Positions 16,123 through 25,901 of a stretch of 64,000 bases of DNA are shown here, piece by piece (the stretch's first letter is position 1; every line of letters begins with the position of its first letter). Position numbers and translations under genes: made by a program. The notes beneath the pieces were generated by a model. It searched no databases, was not told the DNA's origin, and saw only the letters and a program-made list of their open reading frames with translations. The DNA comes from a virus, in the IMG/VR virus record IMGVR_UViG_3300023199_000127, positions 1 to 64,000 of that record; one strand, 5' to 3'.

Positions 16123-18002
16123 TGCCGGAACCCTTCTATCGCCCTGACCAGGAGCCGCCCAAGAGGCGGCGTATTAATGAGGTATCGAGGGCTCCGCTTC
16201 CTCCGGAGCGGACGGCTCCCCCTGAGGAGACGGACGCTGACCGAGTGTTCAACAAGTTTGCCCAGGTCGCCAATAAGGCGAAGGCACTGGCAGACCAAGT
16301 TGAGCGTGAGGCCAAGAAATTCACGGTACCGGTCGCCCCTACGGCTGTCGAAGTACGAGCTGCTGTTACTAGGAAGGATCAGTTCAACTCCCAGGGCAAC
16401 ATCATCACGTTCGATCTGTACAAGGATGCTCTAGCCGTCAATGAAGCGCGTCGCAACGCGCTGGGTCTGGAGTCTCTATTCGATATGACGGGTCACGCAC
16501 TGACGGACAGTAAGATCTTTCAGGACGCCGTCGCACAGGCAGATAATCCCGAACTCGATGGTCAGCAGCTGGCTATGTTCGGTAGTCAGGTATTGATTCT
16601 CTTTGCTCTCAATCAGATTCTGGGGCCCTACAAGGCTATGGATACCCAGGAGCTGACTGCAGCCAAGCTTCCGCCCGGTACTGATATTCCCGGTATGTTG
16701 CGCCAAACCATTGTTGGCTTGGTGATGCAGCTCGTCATTGCAGGGATCCAGGACACTGCTATCGAAGGCTTCCTGAAGCAGACTAACGCTTCTGCACTCA
16801 CCGGCTTGACCTCTGAGGACATCATGGATCGTGCGAGGTCTGGTACGCACAATCTGGATGAGACTCAGGAGTTGGTGGTCAAGAAGCTTGGTGAAAGCGA
16901 TTACGAGCTGATTCTGGACTACGTCTCCAACTACATTTCGAGAGCTGCAGACCCTGGCTATGAGCACTGGTTGGCATATGCTGACGCAAGACGTATTCGC
17001 CAGACTGCTATGAGCAGCTGGCGAGGTGGCCCCCAGTACTCCATGAAGCAGGCCATGGCTCGTGCCCAGTCCTCGGGCAGCGAGGATGGGTTTGATATCG
17101 CATCTGCGGTAGATAAGAGTCTGCGTGGCGCTGTGGAGAACTCAGTCCTCACAGTGGCCCCTGAATACATGTGCTCGCTCGAGGAACAGGCTGACGGCCT
17201 GGACGAGAGCCTGGACATGATCGGACAGGTGGTGGCCACAAGGTTCACCAGAGACGCTATCTGCTGTTTTGTGCGGTACGCCGGCTCCATAGACCCCAAG
17301 ACCATTAAGGCGCTCAGAGCGGCCCTAAGGGTCCTCCTGAGCATCCAGGGCAAAATTGCCAGTCTGAGCGTCTCTGAGCTGTTTGCGAATATCGGCGATT
17401 TCATCGAAGAGGAGCTGAAGATCCAGCTCCGAGATATGGCTAACCGCTTTCTGGACAAGGCTTTCGGTCCGGTAGAGGACTTTCTCTACTCACCCGATGA
17501 TGCCGAGTGGGAGCGCCTCTTCGCCTGTCCGCTGGTCCTGGATATGGTGAATCTGCTCATCAGACTGTCTGTGGAGCTCCGGCTTAACGTCAGGGATCTG
17601 GTCGACAATTTCGTATTCGATTTCCGTCAGGGTAAGCTAAATCTCCGCGATCGGTGGACAGTGATGTACACCGGAAAGAAGTTGCGGTTGATTCTTCTGG
17701 TGTTGGATCAGGTGCTGACAGCTATCCAGCAGGGCAATTTGTGTGACGAAAGTGACTGGGAAGATGACGTAGTTGCGGTTACAGATGGCCTTCCGGACGT
17801 TCCCGCGGTAGAATTCCCCAAGAGTATGGTGGACAAGTACTTCGGGAATTCTGAGCCCATTCCCATAACTTTCAAGCAGGGAGAAGTTGAGATTCAGGAT
17901 ACAATTCCTTCGCTGAAGAACCCGAAGATCGATCTGTCTGCAGAGGAATTTACGAGCGGTGCCTGTGCGGGTGGCTTCCAGTCTGTGCTCGAAGAGCTCT
18001 AA
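16122..18002 (+). CDS. Hypothetical alpha-helical protein, 626 aa, between TerL and portal
   Basis: Long ORF; GTG start overlaps the TerL stop; no recognisable motif. Confidence 0.85.
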   Translation: MPEPFYRPDQEPPKRRRINEVSRAPLPPERTAPPEETDADRVFNKFAQVANKAKALADQVEREAKKFTVPVAPTAVEVRAAVTRKDQFNSQGNIITFDLYKDALAVNEARRNALGLESLFDMTGHALTDSKIFQDAVAQADNPELDGQQLAMFGSQVLILFALNQILGPYKAMDTQELTAAKLPPGTDIPGMLRQTIVGLVMQLVIAGIQDTAIEGFLKQTNASALTGLTSEDIMDRARSGTHNLDETQELVVKKLGESDYELILDYVSNYISRAADPGYEHWLAYADARRIRQTAMSSWRGGPQYSMKQAMARAQSSGSEDGFDIASAVDKSLRGAVENSVLTVAPEYMCSLEEQADGLDESLDMIGQVVATRFTRDAICCFVRYAGSIDPKTIKALRAALRVLLSIQGKIASLSVSELFANIGDFIEEELKIQLRDMANRFLDKAFGPVEDFLYSPDDAEWERLFACPLVLDMVNLLIRLSVELRLNVRDLVDNFVFDFRQGKLNLRDRWTVMYTGKKLRLILLVLDQVLTAIQQGNLCDESDWEDDVVAVTDGLPDVPAVEFPKSMVDKYFGNSEPIPITFKQGEVEIQDTIPSLKNPKIDLSAEEFTSGACAGGFQSVLEEL

Positions 18003-20279
18003 ATGGCTTGGTACAACTTTTTCTCAAAGCGCAATAAGCGCACTGCTACGCGCCGGCGTCGCAGGGCGCCTCGTACTGTCTCCTTCTCGCAGGCACAGCA
18101 GCCTGCTGTACCTTCGGAGACTACCGAGCAAGATCTACGAGCCGCCACACAGGGTGGCGAGGCTATCCGCAAGAAGACTCAGGTAGTTGCTCAGGGACTC
18201 AAGCAGCTGCGTAGGCAGCAGCCTGCAGTCCTGAACTACGAGCGCTATCGTTCCGCTCGAGGTCTCTACAATGATGTTGTGGAGTGGGTTGGTCCGCAGT
18301 ACGATCTACAGGAAATTGCCAAGGCGCTAGACACTGAATCATATTTTGCTCGATCTGTTCAGCGTCATATCGAGCTCATCTTGAAGAATGGATTTAGGCT
18401 GAAGGGCAAAGATCCCGAGCGTGTGCGCTACCTAAAGCGCCGGCTTCATGAGATTGCACTGACCGTGGATCAGACTACGGATTCCATGATCGGCGAGATC
18501 GTCTTCAATGCAGTAGCATTCCACAACTCGTTTGTGATCATCAAGCGCGATCCTCTACGCTCTAGTGGTGCGCGTACCAAGTGGAAGGGCCGGACCATGG
18601 ATCCCATGTCCGGTTGGTACTTCCCCGACCCGACCACCATGTCTGTGAAGCAGACCAAGTCTGGTCTTCCAGTGCAGTGGCGCCAGAGAGCCCATAATTC
18701 GGGCCTTCTTGGGCATACCGTAAGTCGCACTGATACAGCTTTCGAGAAGAAATTCCCTACTCGTAATGTGATCCACATCGCGCTAGATAAGCGCTCTGGG
18801 TGGACGTTCGGTACTCCGTATGTGATCCCCGTGCTGGATGATATTAGGCTCCTGCGTCGCATGGAGGAGCTGATGGATATCATTGCCCACAAGCATGCAT
18901 TCCCGCTGTTTGTGGCTACGGTAGGGACAGAGACTCTGCCGGCTGAAGATGTTGAGATCAATGGCAACATGGTCTCAGAAGTCGATCTCTTCAAGGATCA
19001 GATCGAGGACATGGAATTCGAAGGCGGTCTCGTTGTGACTGAGCGTCACACTGTCGAGATGATCGGTGCTGAGGGTAAGGCTCTAGATCTTGGTCCTTAC
19101 CTGGAGCATATCGAGAAGCGTGTTATTGGTGGCCTACGTCTTAGTGAGCTTGACCTTGGCCGTGGCGATTCAGCTAACCGTAATACCGCTCAGTCCATCA
19201 CCCAGATTCTCATCGACTCGTGCACGCGCATTCAGCGCGTGATCGAGTCGGAGATTACCTGGAAGCTCATTTTCCCTCTGCTGATGGAGGGCGGCTTCAA
19301 TGTCCGTCTCGATCGCGCAGAGGAAGACATGGTGTATCTTGACTTCCCGCCCATCGATACCGAGGAGCGCAGGAACCAGGAGAACCATGAGATGGCGCTC
19401 TACCAGGGCAGCATGATCGACGAGGATGAGGCTCGGGGTCGTAGCGGTATGGATCCGATCGAGGAATCTAACCGCGAAAAGATGTACCTCGAGCGCCAGC
19501 AGATCCCGCTCATAGAGGCCAAGGCCGATGCGGAAGTTCGCGTGGTTAAGGCCAAGGCTGCAGCTGGGGGTACCGGTGGTGGATCGAGCGGGACGTCTTC
19601 TGGGAGCTCTTCTACGCGCTCTACGTCCAATAAGAACCGTCCCACGAATCAACACGGGACATCTCCCTCTAAGCCCAAGATTGCTAGGGACCGCCTTAAG
19701 GACTCCTTCGTGGAGTCCGCAGGCGGTCGCTGGGAGGAAATGATTGACGTGGTCGTGGACGGACTGGATCGATCTTCCAAGAAGGGTGACCTGGTCGAGT
19801 ATCACGATCGTAGAATCCGCTCTGAGATTGGTAAGGCAATTGGTTCTATTGTGGTCGATGCCGAAACCAATCTAGTGCCCGTTATGCTTGAAGCATTCCG
19901 GGTTGCAGCCGGCGACGAGCATGCAATGCCGGCTAAGTCTGTTCGCCGATTCTTGGACCATCATGCCAAGTCTAGCTTGAATGACCTCAAGGATCGTGGT
20001 ATTCAAAGGGTGGACCTTCCGTCTTGGTCTGATGAAATTCCGACGCGTTTGCGAGTCCGTAGCACGCTGGAAGCGCTTCATGCCGATCTGCATATGAGAT
20101 CGCAGAAGATCGCTCACCAGGCATGGGCTTACGCATTTGCGACGGGGGCAAAGATGGCCGGGGCGGCTGGTGTTGTGAACAAGAATGAGCAGCAGGCTTT
20201 CACTTTCCCTGTCCAGCCGGAGGATCTCGTCTCTCCGACTGCTGACTCGTATCCCGAGCTCGAGGTAATGGAGGACTAG
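18003..20279 (+). CDS. Portal protein with a Gly/Ser linker and C-terminal extension
   Basis: Position; WTFGTPYVIPVLDDIRLLRRMEE, FPLFVATVG and MIDEDEARGRSGMDPI are portal-like segments. Confidence 0.85.
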   Translation: MAWYNFFSKRNKRTATRRRRRAPRTVSFSQAQQPAVPSETTEQDLRAATQGGEAIRKKTQVVAQGLKQLRRQQPAVLNYERYRSARGLYNDVVEWVGPQYDLQEIAKALDTESYFARSVQRHIELILKNGFRLKGKDPERVRYLKRRLHEIALTVDQTTDSMIGEIVFNAVAFHNSFVIIKRDPLRSSGARTKWKGRTMDPMSGWYFPDPTTMSVKQTKSGLPVQWRQRAHNSGLLGHTVSRTDTAFEKKFPTRNVIHIALDKRSGWTFGTPYVIPVLDDIRLLRRMEELMDIIAHKHAFPLFVATVGTETLPAEDVEINGNMVSEVDLFKDQIEDMEFEGGLVVTERHTVEMIGAEGKALDLGPYLEHIEKRVIGGLRLSELDLGRGDSANRNTAQSITQILIDSCTRIQRVIESEITWKLIFPLLMEGGFNVRLDRAEEDMVYLDFPPIDTEERRNQENHEMALYQGSMIDEDEARGRSGMDPIEESNREKMYLERQQIPLIEAKADAEVRVVKAKAAAGGTGGGSSGTSSGSSSTRSTSNKNRPTNQHGTSPSKPKIARDRLKDSFVESAGGRWEEMIDVVVDGLDRSSKKGDLVEYHDRRIRSEIGKAIGSIVVDAETNLVPVMLEAFRVAAGDEHAMPAKSVRRFLDHHAKSSLNDLKDRGIQRVDLPSWSDEIPTRLRVRSTLEALHADLHMRSQKIAHQAWAYAFATGAKMAGAAGVVNKNEQQAFTFPVQPEDLVSPTADSYPELEVMED

Positions 20280-20280
20280 C

Positions 20281-22563
20281 GTGCTCTTTCGAGATTTCTT
20301 CCACCTAAAGGCCGATATCCATGAGGGTAAGGCCCTTCCGTTCCTGAAGAAGGACTGCCTCAACTTCATGGCTGACCAGAAGGACAGCACGAAGCTAAGG
20401 GTGAATATCAACGCTACTCAGTCTGGCTACCTTCTGAACCGCCGGGTCTATCCCGGGAGGTTCGTGAAGGATAAGTCGGTCTGGGGTACCTGGTGTGATG
20501 AGAAGCATGGCGGTTGTGCTCCGTACAACAAGCCCATTCTCACGCACCACAATCATCATGGTGAGCCTATTGGTCGCGTAGTGGCTGCCGAGTTCGTGCA
20601 GCACTGGGATGACCAGCGCCTCCAGAAGGATTATCAGAATCCTGCCACCGGTGATGACAATGGTTCTGGTACGGTGCAGGTGGTCGGGATGATCACCGAC
20701 TCCGAAGCTATCCAGAAGATCCTTGACGGTCGATACAACACCGTGTCCACTGGGCAGAATAGCAACCATGCATACTGCTCCATTTGTGGCCAGGATTGGA
20801 AGCAGGACGGTATCTGTGAACATCGTCCTGGTAAGCACTATGAGGAGGACAGTGATGAAGATGTTGGTCGTCTGTGCTACATCATCACGGGGCCCCTCAA
20901 CTATCGCGAGCTCTCCTACGTCAATATTCCCGCGAACGTCAACGCCGTCACCGTCGGCGCCGAGCTCTCCGACGAGCTTGGGGAGTTTGCGGCAGAGCTG
21001 GGCGATGCCGAGCTCGCCCAGCAAGAGGGTGGGTTGGCGTACTCCACTGTGGATATCGACTCGTATGCAGGCATCTCCTGCATTGACTCAGAGGGCAACG
21101 AAACCGATCTGATTCGTAGCGAAGATGGTGATGAGTCGCTGCCTCGTACACGTACTCAGATCGTGATGTCCAAATTGGATTTGGACGACATGAAGCCCCC
21201 CGAGGTCGTTTTCCCGGATAGCAATGATGAGGAGCTGGACGCCGAGACTTTCGCAATCGGCAATATTACGCGCTCTCTTGCTGACCAGGATTTGCTTGGT
21301 GACAGCCCGCTAGGCGGCATGGTCACGTGGTTCAAGGCCATCACTGGTAAAAGTGGTAAGCCGGCCCATCAGCACATCCTCTACCTCGAGCTCGACGTTG
21401 AGAAGCGCCGGCTCCAGGGTGGGACTGAGTTCACCGATAAGGGTGAGCGTCACTCGCATCCTGTTGATCTCGAGCTCGATAGTCTCGATATCGATCAGTT
21501 TGATGGTGCCACCCGTGGTGCCAATATGGGCCCGGATCATACCCACAATTTCAGCTTCTCCATGCGTGACGATGCTTTGCCGCAGGTGGGGCTGGCGGAC
21601 GCCCTTAGGGCGGCCCGCCTCGTTGATCAGTACCTGAGGTCCGGAAAACTTACCCAGGATCAGTTGCTTTGCTTGGATACCATCGATGGTGACGAGCAGT
21701 ACATCGATGCCAAGCTCAGTGCTGCCCAGCGCAAGAAGCTCAAAAAGAGCACTTTCTGCGGTCCTAACCGCAGTTTCCCCGTACCTGACTGCGCCCATGC
21801 AACAGCTGCTAGACGCCTAATTGGGCGCGCTAAGCTTTCTTCCGACGCCAAGGCACGTGTCCTGGCGTGTGTTTCTCGTAGGGCCAAGTCGCTCGATTGT
21901 AAGTCCAGCGATTCGGCAGACAGCGATTCATATCGTATGCTTCAGGGAGAGAATTCCACTATGAACGACAAGACCACCTCGCCCGCAGATGAGCCCAAGG
22001 TCGATAAGACCGAGGTTGATGCCAAGGATAGCCGGAAGGATCTTGAGGCGCTGAAGCCCGAGGCCCTCCTGGACAAGGCAGTTGAGCTCATGGAGCTTGT
22101 TGACAGCCGCGGCGACCAGATCGTCGATCTCAACGACAGCAAAAAGACGCTCAAGGACGCGAATGCTGCGCTCGAGGACACCAACAAGAAGGTGACCGAC
22201 GAGAACGCAGAGCTTCGCGAGCAGCTCCACAAGGGCAAGGCCCGTGAGCTGGTGACGATGCGTCTGGTGACTGGCGACCTCGCAGCCGACGCAGACGTCG
22301 ACGCCGAGGTCGAAAAGCTCGCTGAGCGTAGCACGGAGAGCCTCGAGGACGCCATCAGCGATGCGCGTCCGCTCTTTGAGAGGGCTCTCAAGGACACGCC
22401 CCGTGACCGCAGCTCCTTTCTCAAGGACACGGTCGATGGCAAGTCTCCCGTGAACGCCAATGGCGAGCCTGTGAACAGCAAAGACAAGAACGGGCTGAAG
22501 GACGCGGCGTCCGATAAGAAGCCTGTTGAGGACCGGAAGGCCCAGGCGAAGAATAGCCTGTAA
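20281..22563 (+). CDS. Prohead protease / scaffold fusion with inserted domains
   Basis: PILTHH..PIGRV, DGRYNTVSTG, CSICG..CEH and ELSYVNIPA protease motifs; C-terminal acidic coiled-coil scaffold. Confidence 0.85.
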   Translation: MLFRDFFHLKADIHEGKALPFLKKDCLNFMADQKDSTKLRVNINATQSGYLLNRRVYPGRFVKDKSVWGTWCDEKHGGCAPYNKPILTHHNHHGEPIGRVVAAEFVQHWDDQRLQKDYQNPATGDDNGSGTVQVVGMITDSEAIQKILDGRYNTVSTGQNSNHAYCSICGQDWKQDGICEHRPGKHYEEDSDEDVGRLCYIITGPLNYRELSYVNIPANVNAVTVGAELSDELGEFAAELGDAELAQQEGGLAYSTVDIDSYAGISCIDSEGNETDLIRSEDGDESLPRTRTQIVMSKLDLDDMKPPEVVFPDSNDEELDAETFAIGNITRSLADQDLLGDSPLGGMVTWFKAITGKSGKPAHQHILYLELDVEKRRLQGGTEFTDKGERHSHPVDLELDSLDIDQFDGATRGANMGPDHTHNFSFSMRDDALPQVGLADALRAARLVDQYLRSGKLTQDQLLCLDTIDGDEQYIDAKLSAAQRKKLKKSTFCGPNRSFPVPDCAHATAARRLIGRAKLSSDAKARVLACVSRRAKSLDCKSSDSADSDSYRMLQGENSTMNDKTTSPADEPKVDKTEVDAKDSRKDLEALKPEALLDKAVELMELVDSRGDQIVDLNDSKKTLKDANAALEDTNKKVTDENAELREQLHKGKARELVTMRLVTGDLAADADVDAEVEKLAERSTESLEDAISDARPLFERALKDTPRDRSSFLKDTVDGKSPVNANGEPVNSKDKNGLKDAASDKKPVEDRKAQAKNSL

Positions 22564-22627
22564 GGATTCTTCACTGGACTCAAGTCAACTCAGCGAATAG
22601 ATTTCCTGACGAAAGGACCACTGAAAC

Positions 22628-23611
22628 ATGACCGACCTTCGCATCCCCCGGGGTTACGGTGCTTTCCGCGTTCCCTACAACGAGTCGCAGGAAGGCCGTC
22701 GCCCGACGTTCCAGAACGTCAAGCCGGCGTTGTTCCTGCCCGTTGCCAAGGTGGACCAGCACAAGCACGACCCGATCGTGCTCCTGCCTGGTACGTTCGT
22801 TGGCCGACTGGCTGTAGACGCCTCCGGCATTCCGGACGCGTATCGCGCCAGCCAGCCGCTCGTTCCCGCCTGCCCCGCGGCATACACTGTCACCTACGGT
22901 GATAACGATGTCGACTCCGACAACTTCTGGGGTGGTGGCACTCCGGATCTCGATTCGGGTGACGGTACCGACAAGGTTTCCGCATCTGGTGCGAGCTCCG
23001 ACACCGTCCCGGCCACGAAGCCCCTCGGCGTCGTGTACCAGCCTGTCTACGCCAGCTTCCTGGCGGACCGCTTCACGAACTACGAGCGGCAGCAGCGCAC
23101 GACCTCGTGGCTGGCCTGGGGCCAGAACATCGAGATCCCGGCAATGACTGCCAACGAGCGCGCCATCAACATTGGCGACCTCGTCGTGGTCGACGGAGTC
23201 GCAGGCTCGCTGAGCTACGACCCGGACAACTTCGGCACCAACCGTATCGGCCGACTGGTTTCCCTTGAGGACGCAATCGCCACCCGTGTCTCGGGCGGCG
23301 ATGAGGCCGACATCGAGAGCGCTGTCAACTTCATGGACTTTGTTGTCGGCCGCTGTGTCGGCAAGCACAAGCTTGTGTCGCAGACCAGCGCATCCGCTGG
23401 CCAGCTGCTTTCGGCAGCTCGTACGGCTTCGAACGTCGATGTCTCGACGCTCAATAGCGACTACGAGTATGACAACCTCCGCAAGGTCCAGACTGTCCCG
23501 GGTCTGGGTCTGGCCGGCTCCGGCACGGAAGGCATCCCGGGTTACTTCGACTACGCAACGGCGGATGCGAACGGCGACTTCTGGGCCCTCGAGATCGAGG
23601 TGCGCGTCTAA
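22628..23611 (+). CDS. Capsid decoration / minor head protein, 327 aa
   Basis: Directly upstream of the MCP; strongly C/G-ending (high-expression) codons; AAAGGA RBS. Confidence 0.7.
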   Translation: MTDLRIPRGYGAFRVPYNESQEGRRPTFQNVKPALFLPVAKVDQHKHDPIVLLPGTFVGRLAVDASGIPDAYRASQPLVPACPAAYTVTYGDNDVDSDNFWGGGTPDLDSGDGTDKVSASGASSDTVPATKPLGVVYQPVYASFLADRFTNYERQQRTTSWLAWGQNIEIPAMTANERAINIGDLVVVDGVAGSLSYDPDNFGTNRIGRLVSLEDAIATRVSGGDEADIESAVNFMDFVVGRCVGKHKLVSQTSASAGQLLSAARTASNVDVSTLNSDYEYDNLRKVQTVPGLGLAGSGTEGIPGYFDYATADANGDFWALEIEVRV

Positions 23612-23647
23612 GGCGCCCGAACAGAGAACGAAAGGAACTCAACTCAG

Positions 23648-25105
23648 ATGAGCCTCCCCGAAATCACCAAGGACTCGCTCGAGAACGACGGCGTCAATCT
23701 TAGCGCCTTCTCCGATGAGCAGGTCGATGCCCTCCTGCACATTGTCAAGGCCCGCGACTCGCAGGTCGAGACGGAGATCGAGAAGCGCGTCGATGAGCGC
23801 CTCGAGCAGAGCAACCTGTCTGTCGACCAGGCAGAGGCCATGCGCATGAAGTACGGCATCAAGCGCCGTCATCTTCGCGACATGGACAAGCGGTACATCC
23901 GCAACCTCGAGATCTGGCGCAACAACGGCGTTGATCCGGATGACCCGGAGATTCGCTGGAACTACAAGGACCTGGCAGATGCCGATGCACGGCGTCTCGA
24001 GGACGCTCGGAGCGGCAAGCTCGAGCGTGCCGAGTACGTCGACACGCAGTTCTCCACGGACCAGCCGCTGCTCATCCCCAAGGTGATCAGCCAGGTCGTC
24101 CGTGAGGCTGTCGAGCCTCGGATCGTTCTGCAGGACCTCCTGCAGCGTCTCAGCTTCTCGGCAGGTACGCAGATCACCTTCCCCGCCGTCAGCGCCATGC
24201 GCGCCGGCGACGTGGACGAGGGTGCTGAGTACCCGACCGGTCGTCTCGAGATGGCCGGCCAGGTCACCGCAACCCTGGGCAAGTCCGGTATCGGCGTCCA
24301 GATGACCGAGGAGATGATTCGCTACTCCATGATGGACGTGATGACCATGCACCTCCGCGCTGCGGGCCGTGCACTCATCCGCCACAAGGAGCAGAAGGTC
24401 TCCGACCTGATCGCGGCACAGGGCTCCACCTTCCGTGACAACGTCACGGCAGGCGGCACCCGCACGAGTGGTCGCGCTTTCGACGGCACCCTGAATGGCA
24501 CGATGCACATCGATGACATATTCGATGCCTATGCAGACATGGCCGACCAGGGCTTCCAGGCGAACACGCTGATCATGCACCCCTTCGGGTGGCTGATCTT
24601 CGCCAAGGATGCAACGCTCCGTCACGTCGGGTTCATGAACAATGGCCCGATGTTCCAGAACTACCAGGGTGAGGTCGGCAACGCTCCCCAGTGGCGCATC
24701 GGTGGTCTCAACCAGACCTCCGTGGTCTCGGCTCCCGAGGCGATCGCTGGCACCTACACGAACGTGCCGAACACGCTCCCGACCGGCATGCGGATCATCG
24801 TGAGCCCGTATGTGCCGTTCAACAGCTCCACGAACACCACCGACATCTGGATGTGCGATGTCAACGAGCTCGGCATCCTGGTGGTCGACGAGGAGGTCAC
24901 GACGGACGAGTGGGTCGATTCGGCCCGTGATATCCGCCACGTCAAGCTGCGTGAGCGCTACGGCCTCGCGCTGCTGAACAATGGCACTGCCCTCCGGCAG
25001 TTCAAGGATGTCTACATCGGCAAGAACTTCCCGGTTGAGGACCGTGCGGTCTGGGAGGCCGGCACCGGCGCCCTGCCCACCGGCTTCAGCCTGGGTGGCT
25101 TCTAG
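23648..25105 (+). CDS. Major capsid protein (HK97-like, with probable N-terminal delta domain)
   Basis: PLLIPKVISQVVREAVEP, GKSGIGVQMTEEMIR, ANTLIMHP and VKLRERYGLA segments; strongest codon bias; followed by a terminator. Confidence 0.9.
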   Translation: MSLPEITKDSLENDGVNLSAFSDEQVDALLHIVKARDSQVETEIEKRVDERLEQSNLSVDQAEAMRMKYGIKRRHLRDMDKRYIRNLEIWRNNGVDPDDPEIRWNYKDLADADARRLEDARSGKLERAEYVDTQFSTDQPLLIPKVISQVVREAVEPRIVLQDLLQRLSFSAGTQITFPAVSAMRAGDVDEGAEYPTGRLEMAGQVTATLGKSGIGVQMTEEMIRYSMMDVMTMHLRAAGRALIRHKEQKVSDLIAAQGSTFRDNVTAGGTRTSGRAFDGTLNGTMHIDDIFDAYADMADQGFQANTLIMHPFGWLIFAKDATLRHVGFMNNGPMFQNYQGEVGNAPQWRIGGLNQTSVVSAPEAIAGTYTNVPNTLPTGMRIIVSPYVPFNSSTNTTDIWMCDVNELGILVVDEEVTTDEWVDSARDIRHVKLRERYGLALLNNGTALRQFKDVYIGKNFPVEDRAVWEAGTGALPTGFSLGGF

Positions 25106-25122
25106 TCTTCCTCTCCTTCTTC

Positions 25123-25131
25123 TGCTACAAT
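25123..25131 (+). promoter_or_regulatory. Extended -10 element TGCTACAAT directly upstream of the post-capsid terminator
   Basis: Close match to TGnTATAAT in the intergenic gap; poor -35. Confidence 0.45.
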
Positions 25132-25132
25132 C

Positions 25133-25170
25133 AACGGGGTCGGGGGCATCAGCCCCTGACCCCGTTTCTC
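25133..25170 (+). terminator. Stem-loop terminator after the MCP
   Basis: AACGGGGTCGGGGGC-atca-GCCCCTGACCCCGTT 15-bp stem with one G:U pair, then TCTC. Confidence 0.8.
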
Positions 25171-25205
25171 TATGATTTCTGCAGTATCCTGAGTGAGGAG
25201 AATCA

Positions 25206-25898
25206 ATGCCCGAAACCAAGACCAAAAAGAAGCCCCTTGGCCGCCAGATTGCTGGATCCACGGAAGCGCCCCCGAGCCCCTCAAAGCTTGCTGGCCGGCT
25301 TCTGTCCCTTGACCTGAACAAGCGTTCCTTCTTCGAGTTCCCGGATCGACGTGACTTCTCGCTGACGCGAGTGGTCCCGTCTGCGAAGCTCCCGGACAAC
25401 TTGACCCAGGGCGAGGTTCAGATGCTCACCGTGGCTATTGCCCGCGGCGAGGTAGTGCTCGGCAAGGCGCCGGCACTGAAGATCAAGAAGGATCTGAACA
25501 AGGTCCGACCTTACGTCCAGTTCATCGAGAACAAGCTCTCGTTCTCCGCTATCCAGAAGCGTGTGAACGAGATCGTGATGGCTGGGGCCAACATCAATGG
25601 CTCCGGGTACAACGCTCGTGAGGTGCTCGAGATGCTCATCGAGAAGGAGATGGTGGGCCAGAGCAGGAACGATGTCCTCAACTACCTTCACAACGCGCTA
25701 GAGCGCGTCCCTGGGCACGCCACGCCGGCTGACGAGCCTGGCACCCACGAGGTCCATGAGGTCGTTGCAGGGGGCGTCACGGACGTCCAGCCCGATCTTG
25801 ATCGAACCCACGGTGGCTCGGGTGCTGCTGGTGGGAGCTCTAGTGCAAAGCATGCAATCGGCAAGGAGCCGAGTGCATCAGACAAGGCGAAGCTCTAA
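25206..25898 (+). CDS. Hypothetical head-associated protein, 230 aa
   Basis: GAGGAG RBS; LEMLIEKEMVGQSRNDVLNYL resembles the small helical motif often seen in post-capsid genes. Confidence 0.75.
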   Translation: MPETKTKKKPLGRQIAGSTEAPPSPSKLAGRLLSLDLNKRSFFEFPDRRDFSLTRVVPSAKLPDNLTQGEVQMLTVAIARGEVVLGKAPALKIKKDLNKVRPYVQFIENKLSFSAIQKRVNEIVMAGANINGSGYNAREVLEMLIEKEMVGQSRNDVLNYLHNALERVPGHATPADEPGTHEVHEVVAGGVTDVQPDLDRTHGGSGAAGGSSSAKHAIGKEPSASDKAKL

Positions 25899-25901
25899 CC
25901 C

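Noticed and set aside
23639-25399. 586-aa antisense ORF over the major capsid gene
   Set aside because: Shadow of the strongly biased codons on the plus strand; no RBS and the translation is not protein-like
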